From assembly GCA_965242965.1 (NCBI GenBank), contig OZ251518.1:1920001-1984000 (forward strand): a stretch of DNA of 64,000 nt, given 5' to 3'. This document shows positions 42,548 to 52,061 of the stretch, one piece after another. The notes beneath the pieces are model-generated. The model was given only the letters and a program-made list of their open reading frames with translations, had not been told where the DNA came from and made no database searches. Numbering within the stretch: position 1 is the first letter of the stretch; every line of letters begins with the position of its first letter. This DNA comes from Candidatus Poribacteria bacterium. Lineage in GTDB: Bacteria > Poribacteria > WGA-4E > WGA-3G. The translations under genes were made by a program, and so were the position numbers.

Positions 42548-43207
42548 CTACCGATCCGCCAGCAACTTAAAAGTATGCCGATGGATGTCAGACGCGCCAA
42601 ACTCCGCAATCGCAGCACGATGCTGAGGGGTCGGATACCCCTTGTGCTTCGGAAACCCATAGTTCGGATAGGTTTCGCCGAATTCAATCATCAGCGCGTC
42701 GCGCGTCGTTTTGGCGATGATGGAAGCCGCCGCGATAGAAACACTCAAGGTGTCACCTTTTGGAATTGCCTTGCCGATAATGGCGGTTTCCGGAAGATCC
42801 AACCCATCTACCAGCAGGTAATCTGGACATGGCGAGAGGTTTGTAACGGCATCCCGCATCGCGAGGAGCGTTGCTTGTAAAATATTAATCCGCGCAATTG
42901 TCGGCGGATCAGCTCGGCCGACACCTATTGCGATAGCCTCACGATGGATTTCATTGGACAAATGCGAACGTTGACTCGGCGTTAACTGCTTGGAATCCCT
43001 CAAACCGGTAATCTGGCAATCGGGCGGTAAAATAACAGCGGCGGCGATGACGGGCCCAGCCAAAGCCCCTCGGCCCGCCTCGTCAACGCCGGCGATGTGT
43101 CGGTGGCCGTCTTGGCGGCATGCGCGCTCAAAAGCGTCTCGGCATGAAGTGGAAAGCCGACGCGCGGCACCGCTTTCACTTTTAGTATAGGCGTAACGGT
43201 TCTCCAT
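42548..43207 (-). CDS. rnhB: Ribonuclease HII
   Basis: GVDEAGRGALAGPV, DSKQL, KGD, AAASIIAK, HKGYPT. Confidence 0.95.
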   Translation of the reverse strand: MENRYAYTKSESGAARRLSTSCRDAFERACRQDGHRHIAGVDEAGRGALAGPVIAAAVILPPDCQITGLRDSKQLTPSQRSHLSNEIHREAIAIGVGRADPPTIARINILQATLLAMRDAVTNLSPCPDYLLVDGLDLPETAIIGKAIPKGDTLSVSIAAASIIAKTTRDALMIEFGETYPNYGFPKHKGYPTPQHRAAIAEFGASDIHRHTFKLLADR

Positions 43208-43211
43208 CAGC

Positions 43212-43556
43212 CTATCTTCTTCTCTCTTTGACACGCGCGGCTCTGCCGGTGCGTTCGCGCAAGTAATACAACTTCGCACGCCGAACGGCACCGTATCGGA
43301 CGACTTGAATGCTGTCGATATTAGGTGAATGGAGTGGGAAAGTTCTCTCACTTCCCGTGCCAAACGCGACACGCCGCACCGTAAACGTTGCACGCGCGCC
43401 ACTATGGGCACGACGGATAACCGTGCCTTCATACGCCTGAAGCCGTTCTTTTTGTCCTTCACGGATGCGGGTGTTCACCTTGACAACATCACCGGGACCG
43501 AATTCAGGTATATCGCTTTTCAGATATTGGCTTTCAACGGACTCTATCAAATTCAT
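43212..43556 (-). CDS. rplS: 50S ribosomal protein L19
   Basis: PEFGPGD.V.V, ERLQAYEG, VRRAKLYYLR. Confidence 0.98.
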   Translation of the reverse strand: MNLIESVESQYLKSDIPEFGPGDVVKVNTRIREGQKERLQAYEGTVIRRAHSGARATFTVRRVAFGTGSERTFPLHSPNIDSIQVVRYGAVRRAKLYYLRERTGRAARVKERRR

Positions 43557-44322
43557 TGTGGGTTTCTCCTCTAAAATCTATTGATTCTTTGTTATGTGCT
43601 GTTATTCCTGCTGCTTCGAGAATAGCAACATCTTCCGCCGTGAGTTCAAGTTGCTTCAGCAACTCCGGGCGGCGTTCCGCCGTGCGCTTAAGTGCCGCCG
43701 CGTACCGCCACTTCTCAACATTCTCATGATGCCCGCTTAACAGCACCTCCGGCACCTGCATCCCTTCAAATTCAGCGGGACGCGTGTAGTGCGGATGATC
43801 GAGTAGTTCGTTGCTGAACGAATCGACTTGGGCGGATTCATAATCGCCAAGGGCACCGGGAAGCACGCGGCCAATGGCATCAATCAGGACAAGCGCGGCG
43901 ATTTCTCCACCGCTCAAAACGTAATCGCCGATGGAAACCTCGGTTGTTACCAGTTTATCGCGCACGCGTTCATCAACGCCTTTGTAACGGCCGCATAAAA
44001 GAATGAGGTGCGTCTCCAAAGAGAGCGCCTCGGCGAGCGACTGCGTAAACGGCGTGCCTTGCGGTGTCAGATAGATAACGTGCGCCGTTTCCGCCGGGTT
44101 TAACTCAGCGAGTGCAGAAAAAATGGGTGCCGGTTTCAGAATCATCCCGGCACCGCCGCCATAGGGATAATCGTCAACCGATTGATGCTTGTCGGTTGCC
44201 CAATCGCGCAGTTGATGCACGTTGACAGCAAGTTTATCCGCCTCTTGCGCGCGCCGAAGAATGCCTGTCTGCAATGCCGGCGCGAGTATCTCTGGGAACA
44301 AGGCGAGGACATCGATTTTCAT
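43534..44322 (-). CDS. trmD: tRNA (guanine37-N1)-methyltransferase
   Basis: VDDYPYGGGAGM, CGRYKGVDER, SIGDYVLSGGE, PHYTRP, LLSGHH. Confidence 0.97.
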   Translation of the reverse strand: MKIDVLALFPEILAPALQTGILRRAQEADKLAVNVHQLRDWATDKHQSVDDYPYGGGAGMILKPAPIFSALAELNPAETAHVIYLTPQGTPFTQSLAEALSLETHLILLCGRYKGVDERVRDKLVTTEVSIGDYVLSGGEIAALVLIDAIGRVLPGALGDYESAQVDSFSNELLDHPHYTRPAEFEGMQVPEVLLSGHHENVEKWRYAAALKRTAERRPELLKQLELTAEDVAILEAAGITAHNKESIDFRGETHNEFDRVR

Positions 44323-44335
44323 GAACTGCGCCGCC

Positions 44336-44602
44336 CTATTTCGCGGGTGCCTTCTCCGGGGGTTCAGCGGGTTCAATGAGTTCAAGGATGACCTTTCGAT
44401 TGGCGTTTATCCCGGCGGTATAAAGCACATTTCGGATGGCTTTCAGCGTCCTACCATATTTACCGATAATCTTCCCCAAATCTTCTTCCGCTACCGTCAA
44501 TTCGACAATAACGAGGGTTTCGCTAGTTACTTCGTGAACCACCACCCGGTCTGGATAATCGACGAGCGACTTTGCGATGTATTCGATCAAATCTTTGAAC
44601 AT
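44336..44602 (-). CDS. khpA: KH domain RNA-binding protein KhpA
   Basis: LIEYIAKSLVD.P, DLGKIIGKYGRT..AIR. Lies between rpsP and trmD. Confidence 0.9.
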   Translation of the reverse strand: MFKDLIEYIAKSLVDYPDRVVVHEVTSETLVIVELTVAEEDLGKIIGKYGRTLKAIRNVLYTAGINANRKVILELIEPAEPPEKAPAK

Positions 44603-44661
44603 TTTGGTATCCTAGTTATGAAACGGGTGTTCTCCACATTCCCTGCTGTCCCCGGTTTTCC

Positions 44662-45102
44662 CGTAGGAGAGACCTCCCGGTCTCGATGCAATATCCCGGT
44701 CCCAACCGTAGCGCGGGGGCCTGTCCCCCGCGATCGCCCGATCTGCGCGAAAACCGCACGCCGACCCAGGCCGTTTCCCTCGCGATCGCAGCATGGCGAG
44801 GGAAACCCGCTCGCATGCGCGTATGGCATCCGAGGGCCCAAGCCCTACGGTAAAGGGACGGCTTTTCTCTAACCGTAGCGCGGGGGCCTGTCCCCCGCGA
44901 GCGTCCGATCTGCGCGAAAACCGCATGCCAACCCAGGCCGTTTCCCCCGAGATCGCGGCATGGCGAGGGACAGGCCCTCGCCCTACGGTAAAGGGGAGTT
45001 TTGCGCTGCCCGTAGCGCGGGGGCCTGTCCCCCGCGATCGTGGCATGGCGAGGGAAACCCGCTCGCATGCGCGTATGGCATCCGAGGGCCCAAGCCCTAC
45101 GA
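44662..45102. repeat. GTAG palindrome array inside the rpsP-khpA operon
   Basis: Read directly from the sequence. Confidence 0.88.
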
Positions 45103-45139
45103 TGAAGGGAAGGCGTTTCTCTGTCCCCGGCGCGAACAA

Positions 45140-45523
45140 CTACTCTCCCGATTCAGGTGCCGATTCCGTAAGCAGCGTTCCAGCTTCGGAAGGAGGCTTC
45201 GGTGCTTCCGCTTCTTCGACAGGTTCTTCGGAAATCTCTGCATCCGGCAGCGGTTTCCCAAGTTTCTCGTAAGTAAATTTCCTCAAAATCCCGCGCTTGG
45301 AGAGGAGGTTTTTCGCCGTATCAGTGGGTTGCGCGCCGAGGCGTAACCACTTCAGTGCCTTCTCTTCGTCAATATGAATTTCCGCGGGTTCCGTGAGGGG
45401 GTTGTAATGGCCGAGGCGTTCCAGAAACGCGCCATCCCGCTGCGCGCGTGCATCCGCGGCGACGATCCGATAAAACGGGCGTTTCTTCCTACCGTGCCGT
45501 TGTAATCTGATTCTAACTGCCAA
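45140..45523 (-). CDS. rpsP: 30S ribosomal protein S16 with acidic C-terminal tail
   Basis: [33 protein letters not shown]. Confidence 0.97.
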   Translation of the reverse strand: MAVRIRLQRHGRKKRPFYRIVAADARAQRDGAFLERLGHYNPLTEPAEIHIDEEKALKWLRLGAQPTDTAKNLLSKRGILRKFTYEKLGKPLPDAEISEEPVEEAEAPKPPSEAGTLLTESAPESGE

Positions 45524-45534
45524 AATATCTCCTT

Positions 45535-46923
45535 TTACTTGCGGCGTTTGCGGCGCCGCGGTCTTTTCGATTTCCGTTTTGCGCGAGGAAGCGCGCCGAG
45601 TTTCTGTCCTACCTGCGGCATCGCCATCGCTTGCTGCTGGTTAAACATGCGGTTCATCATCCGCAGCTGATTCACTAAAGTGTTTACCTGATTGACGGTG
45701 GTGCCGCTGCCTTTTGCAATGCGGAGTTTGCGGCTCCTATCCAACAACGCCGGATTCTGTCGTTCTTCCAGCGTCATCGATTGGATGGCGGCTTTCGCGT
45801 AGTTCAGATGGCTTTCGTCCGGTTTCAGGTCCTTCATCGGGAGTTGATTCTTAAACGGAATCAAATCTACCAATTGCTCCAAGGGCCCCATATTTCCGAT
45901 TTGCTCCAGTTGCGTGAGAAAATCGTTGAAATCCAACCCCTTATTCTCGGTGAGTTTGCGTTCTATGGCTCGCGCCTGGTCATCGGAGAAAACCTGTTCT
46001 GCCTTCTCTACCAAGGTTTGGAAGTCGCCTTGTCCGAGGATGCGCGAGGACATCCGTTCGGGATGAAATTCCTCTAACGCCGCCGCTTCGATTTTTTCAC
46101 CGATACTGATGAACTTAATCGGCTTCTCGGTGATATGCCGGATAGAAAGCGCGGCACCCCCGCGGGCATCGCCGTCCATTTTCGTGAGAATTACGCCATC
46201 AATATCCAGTTCGTTATTGAAGTTTTCGGCGACGTTCACGGCATCTTGTCCTGTCATCGCGTCAACGACGAGCAGGATTTCTGTCGGTTTCACCGCGTCC
46301 TTGATACCTCGCAGTTCGCCCATCAATTCCGCATTGATGTGCAAACGGCCGGCGGTATCCACAATGACACAGTTCTGTCCGCGCGCAAATGCCTCGCTGA
46401 CTGCGTCTTGCGCAATTTTCACCGGTGAGACATCGGTGCCCATGGCGAAGACCGGGGTTTCCGTCTGTTCGCCGAGAATTTGCAATTGCCGAATCGCGGC
46501 GGGCCGGTAGACATCGGCTGCGACGAGGAGCGGGTTACGGCCCTCTTTCCGGAATCTGAGTGCCAGTTTCGCGGCGACTGTCGTTTTGCCAGCACCTTGC
46601 AACCCGACGAGCATGACTACTGTCGGACCGCTCGGTGCGATGCGAATTCTCTCCCCTTCGGCACCCATCAGTTGCGTGAGTTCTTCGCCGATAATCCGGG
46701 CGATTTGGAGCTCCGGCGTGAGGCTGCCCAGGACTTCTTGGCCGAGGGCCCGCGTCCGAATCCGCTCTATAAACGCGCGCGTGACTTTATAGTTGACATC
46801 TGCCTCCAGAAACGCGCGCCGCACCTCGCGCAACGAATCGGAGATATTGCTTTCTGTCAATGTCCCGTGCCCGCGCAGTTTTTTGAAGGTGCTTTGCAAT
46901 CTATCGCTTAAACTCTCAAACAT
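45535..46923 (-). CDS. ffh: Signal recognition particle protein
   Basis: [31 protein letters not shown]-domain SMT.EER..RIAKGSG. Confidence 0.98.
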   Translation of the reverse strand: MFESLSDRLQSTFKKLRGHGTLTESNISDSLREVRRAFLEADVNYKVTRAFIERIRTRALGQEVLGSLTPELQIARIIGEELTQLMGAEGERIRIAPSGPTVVMLVGLQGAGKTTVAAKLALRFRKEGRNPLLVAADVYRPAAIRQLQILGEQTETPVFAMGTDVSPVKIAQDAVSEAFARGQNCVIVDTAGRLHINAELMGELRGIKDAVKPTEILLVVDAMTGQDAVNVAENFNNELDIDGVILTKMDGDARGGAALSIRHITEKPIKFISIGEKIEAAALEEFHPERMSSRILGQGDFQTLVEKAEQVFSDDQARAIERKLTENKGLDFNDFLTQLEQIGNMGPLEQLVDLIPFKNQLPMKDLKPDESHLNYAKAAIQSMTLEERQNPALLDRSRKLRIAKGSGTTVNQVNTLVNQLRMMNRMFNQQQAMAMPQVGQKLGALPRAKRKSKRPRRRKRRK

Positions 46924-46973
46924 GGTTGCCGCTTCCTTTCCAATTTTAGGTTCGGATGAAGGTTATTACTATA

Positions 46974-47002
46974 ATTATAGCAAATTTTACTGCAAATGTC
47001 AA
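46974..47002 (-). promoter_or_regulatory. Consensus sigma70 promoter TTGACA-17-TATAAT (extended -10) for the ffh operon
   Basis: Minus strand reads ttgacatttgcagtaaaatttgctataat. Confidence 0.8.
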
Positions 47003-47412
47003 ATTTTTTTCAATTTTTGTCTGAATTATGCTATAATGGTGTCACATCATCTGAAAAAAGGAGTTAGGATAGGCGCGAGTTTAAAGGAAGGCGTTATTTT
47101 TCCCGTAGCGCGGGGGGCCTGTCCCCCGCGATCGTCAAGGCACGCGTTTTTTCCCCGTAGCGCGGGGGCCTGTCCCCCGCGTTGGTTCAAGCACCGTTTT
47201 TTTTTATCGTAGCGCGGGGGCCTGTCCCCCGCGATCTCCATCGTCAAGATGTGTGTTTCCTCTCTGTAGTTTGTGATCGCCTGATCACAAACAGGTCAGG
47301 ATCAGGCGATCCTGACCTACGAGCCTGGTGCACGAACGATGGCGAGGGACAGGCCCTCGCCCTACGATCCGTTGGCAATTCGCGCATTCACGTCTATCCT
47401 GAGGATTTTAAT

Positions 47413-48927
47413 ATGAATCAAGAAGAGAAAAAAGCGACAGAAGATGCAGCATCTGACGATAATAAGTCATTGCCGCCTCCCGAAGATAAACTCTCTGTCA
47501 CGCACCACAGCGTCACGATTAATGACGAAGAGATTCGTTATACCGCAACTACCGGCACGCTCGTCCTGAAAGAGGAAAGCGAGAAAGAAGGCGAAAAGGC
47601 GAAGGCATCCGTTTTCTTCGTCGCCTATACCCGCGATGATGTCGCGGATTCAGGGAGTCGCCCGATAACCTTCGCATTCAACGGCGGACCCGGATCCTCC
47701 TCTGTCTGGTTGCATCTCGGATTGCTGGGGCCCCGGCGCATCAATCCTGATGAAGAGGGAAATCCGCCTCAGCCGCCTTACCAACTCATCAATAACGACT
47801 TCTCCGTCTTGGACAAGACGGACCTGGTTTTCATCGACCCGGTCAGCACCGGGTTCAGCCGGGCAGTGCCAGGCGAAGAAGCGAAGCAATTCCACGGGTT
47901 CAAGAAGGATATTGAATCCGTCGGCGATTTCATCCTCCTCTATTTAGGACGTTACAAACGCTGGGGTTCCCCGAAGTTCCTCATCGGAGAAAGTTACGGG
48001 ACAACGCGGGCGGCGGGACTTTCCGGCTATTTGCAGGAGCAAAACGGCACTTATCTCAACGGTATCATGCTTGTTTCGGTGGTGCTGAATTTCCAGACGA
48101 TTCGGTTCTCTCCCGGCAACGATTTGCCCTATATCCTCTTTTTGCCGACTTACGCGGCGGCGGCACTTCATCACGGAAAGTCAGAGGCCAGCCAGGAAAC
48201 CCCGTTAGATCCGTTTCAAGTTGCGGAGCATTTTGACGCTACCTTGGACGAGGTGAAAGCGTTCGCGATGCGCGAATACACGCTCGCCTTGATGGAGGGC
48301 TCGGAGATTCCGCCCGGCACGCGCGCCGATATGATTAAACGGCTGGCGGCATATACAGGGCTGTCCCGTGATTACCTTGACTGGACGGACCTGCGGATTG
48401 AGATTTCGCGATTCTGCAAGGAGCTGCTCCGAGACGAAGGGCGCACCGTTGGCAGGTTTGATTGCCGATACACCGGCATTGACAGGGATTCAGCCGGCGA
48501 GTCTTTTGAATATGACCCGAGTTCGGCAATTATTCAGGGCGCGTATACGGCTATGCTCAACAATTACGTGCGTGGCGAATTGGAATTCGAGAGCGATCTG
48601 CCGTATGAAATCCTCAGTCGCCGCGTGCATCCGTGGAACTATGAGGAGCATCAGAACCAGTATGTCAACGTCGCCGACACTTTGCGCAAGGCGATGACGA
48701 TGAATCCGGCGTTGAAAGTTTTCGTCGCCAGTGGTTATTACGATTTAGCCACCCCGTATCTAGCGACGGAATACACGTTTACGCATCTTGGGCTTGACAA
48801 GTCCTTGCAGGACAACATCACGATGGCTTACTACAAAGCGGGTCACATGATGTATATTGATATGGACGAGTTGGCGAAAATGAAGGCGGATCTGGATGCC
48901 TTTCTTGAAAACGCGCTCCCCGGTTAA
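47413..48927 (+). CDS. Peptidase S10 (serine carboxypeptidase)
   Basis: FNGGPGSSS, IDPVSTGFS, GESYG nucleophile, GYYDLATP, AGHMMY. Confidence 0.93.
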   Translation: MNQEEKKATEDAASDDNKSLPPPEDKLSVTHHSVTINDEEIRYTATTGTLVLKEESEKEGEKAKASVFFVAYTRDDVADSGSRPITFAFNGGPGSSSVWLHLGLLGPRRINPDEEGNPPQPPYQLINNDFSVLDKTDLVFIDPVSTGFSRAVPGEEAKQFHGFKKDIESVGDFILLYLGRYKRWGSPKFLIGESYGTTRAAGLSGYLQEQNGTYLNGIMLVSVVLNFQTIRFSPGNDLPYILFLPTYAAAALHHGKSEASQETPLDPFQVAEHFDATLDEVKAFAMREYTLALMEGSEIPPGTRADMIKRLAAYTGLSRDYLDWTDLRIEISRFCKELLRDEGRTVGRFDCRYTGIDRDSAGESFEYDPSSAIIQGAYTAMLNNYVRGELEFESDLPYEILSRRVHPWNYEEHQNQYVNVADTLRKAMTMNPALKVFVASGYYDLATPYLATEYTFTHLGLDKSLQDNITMAYYKAGHMMYIDMDELAKMKADLDAFLENALPG

Positions 48928-48948
48928 GTGGAAAAACGGGGAATTCCC

Positions 48949-49415
48949 AGTAGGAGAGACCTCCTGGTCTCGATGTTCCCGTAGCGGGGGGGCCTGTCCC
49001 CCGCGATCGTTGGGTAACCCGGAGCATGGCGAGGGACAAGCCCTCGCCCTACGAGGAAGGGAAGGCGTTTTTTCCAACGCATCGTCTTAGGTCCTTTAGG
49101 ACCTACATGTCTATAGAAAAACGTGCTAGCTCATGTCAAGGTCCTTTAGGTCCTTAATAGGAAACCACGCTGCACATCAAAACACATTAAGGACCTAAAG
49201 GACCTTAAAGCTCTTCACGTCTCCGAGTGCTATAGACATTAAGGTCCTACGGACCTTAGAGACGTTTTTCCGCAGCGCGAGGCATGGCGAGGGACAGGCC
49301 CTCGCCCTACGATGAAGGGAGGATTTTCGCCGCATTGCATCGAGACCAGGAGGTCTCTCCTACGGGATTGCATCGGGTTGGCCCCATCTGTAGTTTGCGA
49401 TCGCCTGATCGCAAA
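48949..49415. repeat. Mosaic array with four-hairpin element (49088-49257)
   Basis: Read directly from the sequence. Confidence 0.88.
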
Positions 49416-49445
49416 GCGAACATCATTAACGCTTGACAGAGACTT

Positions 49446-50492
49446 ATGACTTACCAAAGAGAATTTGAAAACCGATTAAACGTCGCCGTTGTCGGCGTAG
49501 GTTCACACGGTTATCGGAACATTTTGCCGACGCTGACATTCCTGCCGATTCGGCTGCAGGCACTTTGCGATGTTGATATCGCCCGCGCGCGCATCACAGC
49601 AGAACAATACGGCGTGAAGGCGTGTTACACGAATATGACAGAGATGTTCCGGAACGAGGAATTAGACGCGGTTTTCCTCTGTGTGCCGCCGCGCCTGCAC
49701 CCGGAGTTAACCTGCGAGGCATTGGATGCAGGCGTGCATGTCTGGCTAGAAAAGCCGCCGGGTATGTTCGCCAACGAAATAGAGGAGATGATTCGCCATC
49801 GGCGTGACAAGGTGGTGGTTGTCGGCTTCAAAAAGGCGTTTATGCCTGCGACGCGGAAGATTATTGAAATCTTTGGCTCGGCAAAATACGGTCCGTTGCG
49901 AACGATTTTGGGGGTTTATCCGATGACAATTCCCAAAGATGGCAGGCGCGTCCTACGCGAAGGTGAACATACCAACTGGCTCCAAAACGGCTGTCATCCA
50001 TTGTCGCTGTTATTGGCAGTCGGTGGGAAGGTTTCTGCCGTCACCGTGCATTTAGGCCAGCGCGGGGGTGGCGCGTGCATTTTAGAATTCGCCAGCGGCG
50101 CGCTCGGCAATTTCCACTTGGCAGACGGTGCGCGACACGGACAGCCCGCGGAACATTACCAATTTTTCGGGAACAACTGCCACGCCGAAATCGTCAACGG
50201 CACAAAGGTATTGCTACAACGCGGCATGCGCCTTGATTACCACGGCGGCACCACTTTCGTGCCGGAAGGGTTTGACAGCGGTGCCATCGTCTGGGAACCG
50301 CAACACAGCCTCGGCACGCTGGAAAACAAGGGGCTTTTCATCCAAGGATTCTACCAAGAAATGCACTATTTCTGTGACTGCATTTTGGAGGGGAGAACCG
50401 CGGAACAGGGCTCCCTTGAATTCGCCTTGGAAGTGATGAAGGTTTACGAAGCGGGGCTCCGTTCGGAAGGCGAGAGAGTTCTCGTTCAGTAG
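49446..50492 (+). CDS. Gfo/Idh/MocA family oxidoreductase
   Basis: [18 protein letters not shown]. Confidence 0.88.
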   Translation: MTYQREFENRLNVAVVGVGSHGYRNILPTLTFLPIRLQALCDVDIARARITAEQYGVKACYTNMTEMFRNEELDAVFLCVPPRLHPELTCEALDAGVHVWLEKPPGMFANEIEEMIRHRRDKVVVVGFKKAFMPATRKIIEIFGSAKYGPLRTILGVYPMTIPKDGRRVLREGEHTNWLQNGCHPLSLLLAVGGKVSAVTVHLGQRGGGACILEFASGALGNFHLADGARHGQPAEHYQFFGNNCHAEIVNGTKVLLQRGMRLDYHGGTTFVPEGFDSGAIVWEPQHSLGTLENKGLFIQGFYQEMHYFCDCILEGRTAEQGSLEFALEVMKVYEAGLRSEGERVLVQ

Positions 50493-50522
50493 ACATGCCG
50501 ACAGCAATTGAAGGAAAAAACT

Positions 50523-51536
50523 ATGGAATATAGACGACTCGGCAGCAGTGGGCTCAAGGTTTCTGAAATCTGCCTCGGCACGATGACGTTCGGGCACGGC
50601 GCAGATGAGGCGGAAACCAACCGGATGATACACCTTGCCTGGGATGCTGGCGTAAACTTTTTTGACACGGCGAATTCGTATGCCGACGGCGCATCCGAAA
50701 TTCTGCTCGGCAAGGCACTTAAAGGGAGACGGCGCGATGCTGTCGTCGCTACCAAGTTTTTCAACCCGATGGGACCCGGGCCGAACGATTCGGGGATGTC
50801 TCGCGTCCATATCATGCAGGCGATTGACGATAGCCTCAAACGGCTGCAGATGGATTACGTGGATATCTACTATATCCATCACGTGGACACGCAAACGCCG
50901 TTAGAGGAGATGTTGCGCGCGCTCGATGATCTGGTAAGGCAAGGGAAGGTTCGCTATACGGCGTGTAGCAACTACCAAGCGTGGCGGTTATCGGAAGCGT
51001 TGTGGCTCAGCGATGCGCTTAACTTGACACGGTTCGCCTGCTATCAACCGCAATATAGCCTCGTCGTGCGGGATATTGAGCAGGAATTGGTGCCGCTTTG
51101 CGAATACAAAGGGCTCGGCATCGTCGTCTGGAGTCCGTTGGCAGGCGGGTTCTTATCGGGCAAATACCGGGCAGGGGAACGCATCCAGGGCGGCACGCGC
51201 TCCGAAGAAGGCTGGGCATATCCGCAACGCTATTTTGCCGAGAACGCCGATGAAACGCTGCAGACGCTCTACGACGTTTCCGAAGCGTCGCAATATAGTC
51301 CGGCGCAAGTCGCGCTACGGTGGGTGCTTGAACAGCGCGCAATAACTTCCGTGATTGTCGGCGCACGACACGCCGAGCATCTTCGCGATAACTTGGGCAC
51401 AGCGGGGTGGCGGCTAACGGGAGAGGCACTCCAGAGACTGAACACCGTCTCGCATCTGCCAGAACGTTACCCGGAGGCGATGGAGAAGAATATGCATGAA
51501 CGCCGCGATAGTGCAGTGAAGATGCCCCTGCAATAA
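50523..51536 (+). CDS. Aldo/keto reductase
   Basis: LGSSGLKVSEICLGTMTFG, FDTANSY, SLKRLQMDYVD, WSPLAGGFLSGKY. Confidence 0.95.
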   Translation: MEYRRLGSSGLKVSEICLGTMTFGHGADEAETNRMIHLAWDAGVNFFDTANSYADGASEILLGKALKGRRRDAVVATKFFNPMGPGPNDSGMSRVHIMQAIDDSLKRLQMDYVDIYYIHHVDTQTPLEEMLRALDDLVRQGKVRYTACSNYQAWRLSEALWLSDALNLTRFACYQPQYSLVVRDIEQELVPLCEYKGLGIVVWSPLAGGFLSGKYRAGERIQGGTRSEEGWAYPQRYFAENADETLQTLYDVSEASQYSPAQVALRWVLEQRAITSVIVGARHAEHLRDNLGTAGWRLTGEALQRLNTVSHLPERYPEAMEKNMHERRDSAVKMPLQ

Positions 51537-51667
51537 AGCCCTTGCAATAAAGAAAGAGTGAACTTTTCTCCACTGCATTTGTCTAAACAATCAAAGGTAT
51601 TTCATAAATCTCTCAACGTTGCGGTGACAGGCTCCCAGTGCTACGGGAAAAAAACGCCGCCCCTTCA

Positions 51668-51990
51668 CATAGGGCGAGGGCCCTCGGATGCCACACGCGC
51701 ATCCGAGCGGGTTTCCCTCGCCATCGTTCGATCGCCACGCTGATTCTGTAGGGCAAGAGCACCTGCTCCTGACCCGCTCGGGAGCGGGCGCTCCCGAACT
51801 ACAGAGGTGGGAGAACCCGATACGTCTTCCGGTAGGCGGGACATCCTTGTCCCGATACCTCTTCGGGTAGGCGGGACATCCTTGTCCCGATACGTCTTCA
51901 GTAGGCGGGACATCCTTGTCCCGAAATCTGCACATCGAGACCGGGAGGTCTCTCCTACCGGGGAGCAATCGAGACCGGGAGGTCCCGCCG
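51668..51990. repeat. GTAG palindrome array (E, D, three C, B)
   Basis: GTAGGCGGGACATCCTTGTCCCG occurs three times. Confidence 0.88.
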
Positions 51991-52061
51991 ACGGGGACAC
52001 CGCTCGCTTGGAGAAAAATGATGCCATTGTTTGCAGGAGACCAGAAAAGGAGGGAATTGCG

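Noticed and set aside
42548-43462. 304-aa version of rnhB overlapping rplS
   Set aside because: The extension overlaps rplS in another frame. ATG 43207 directly follows the rplS stop.
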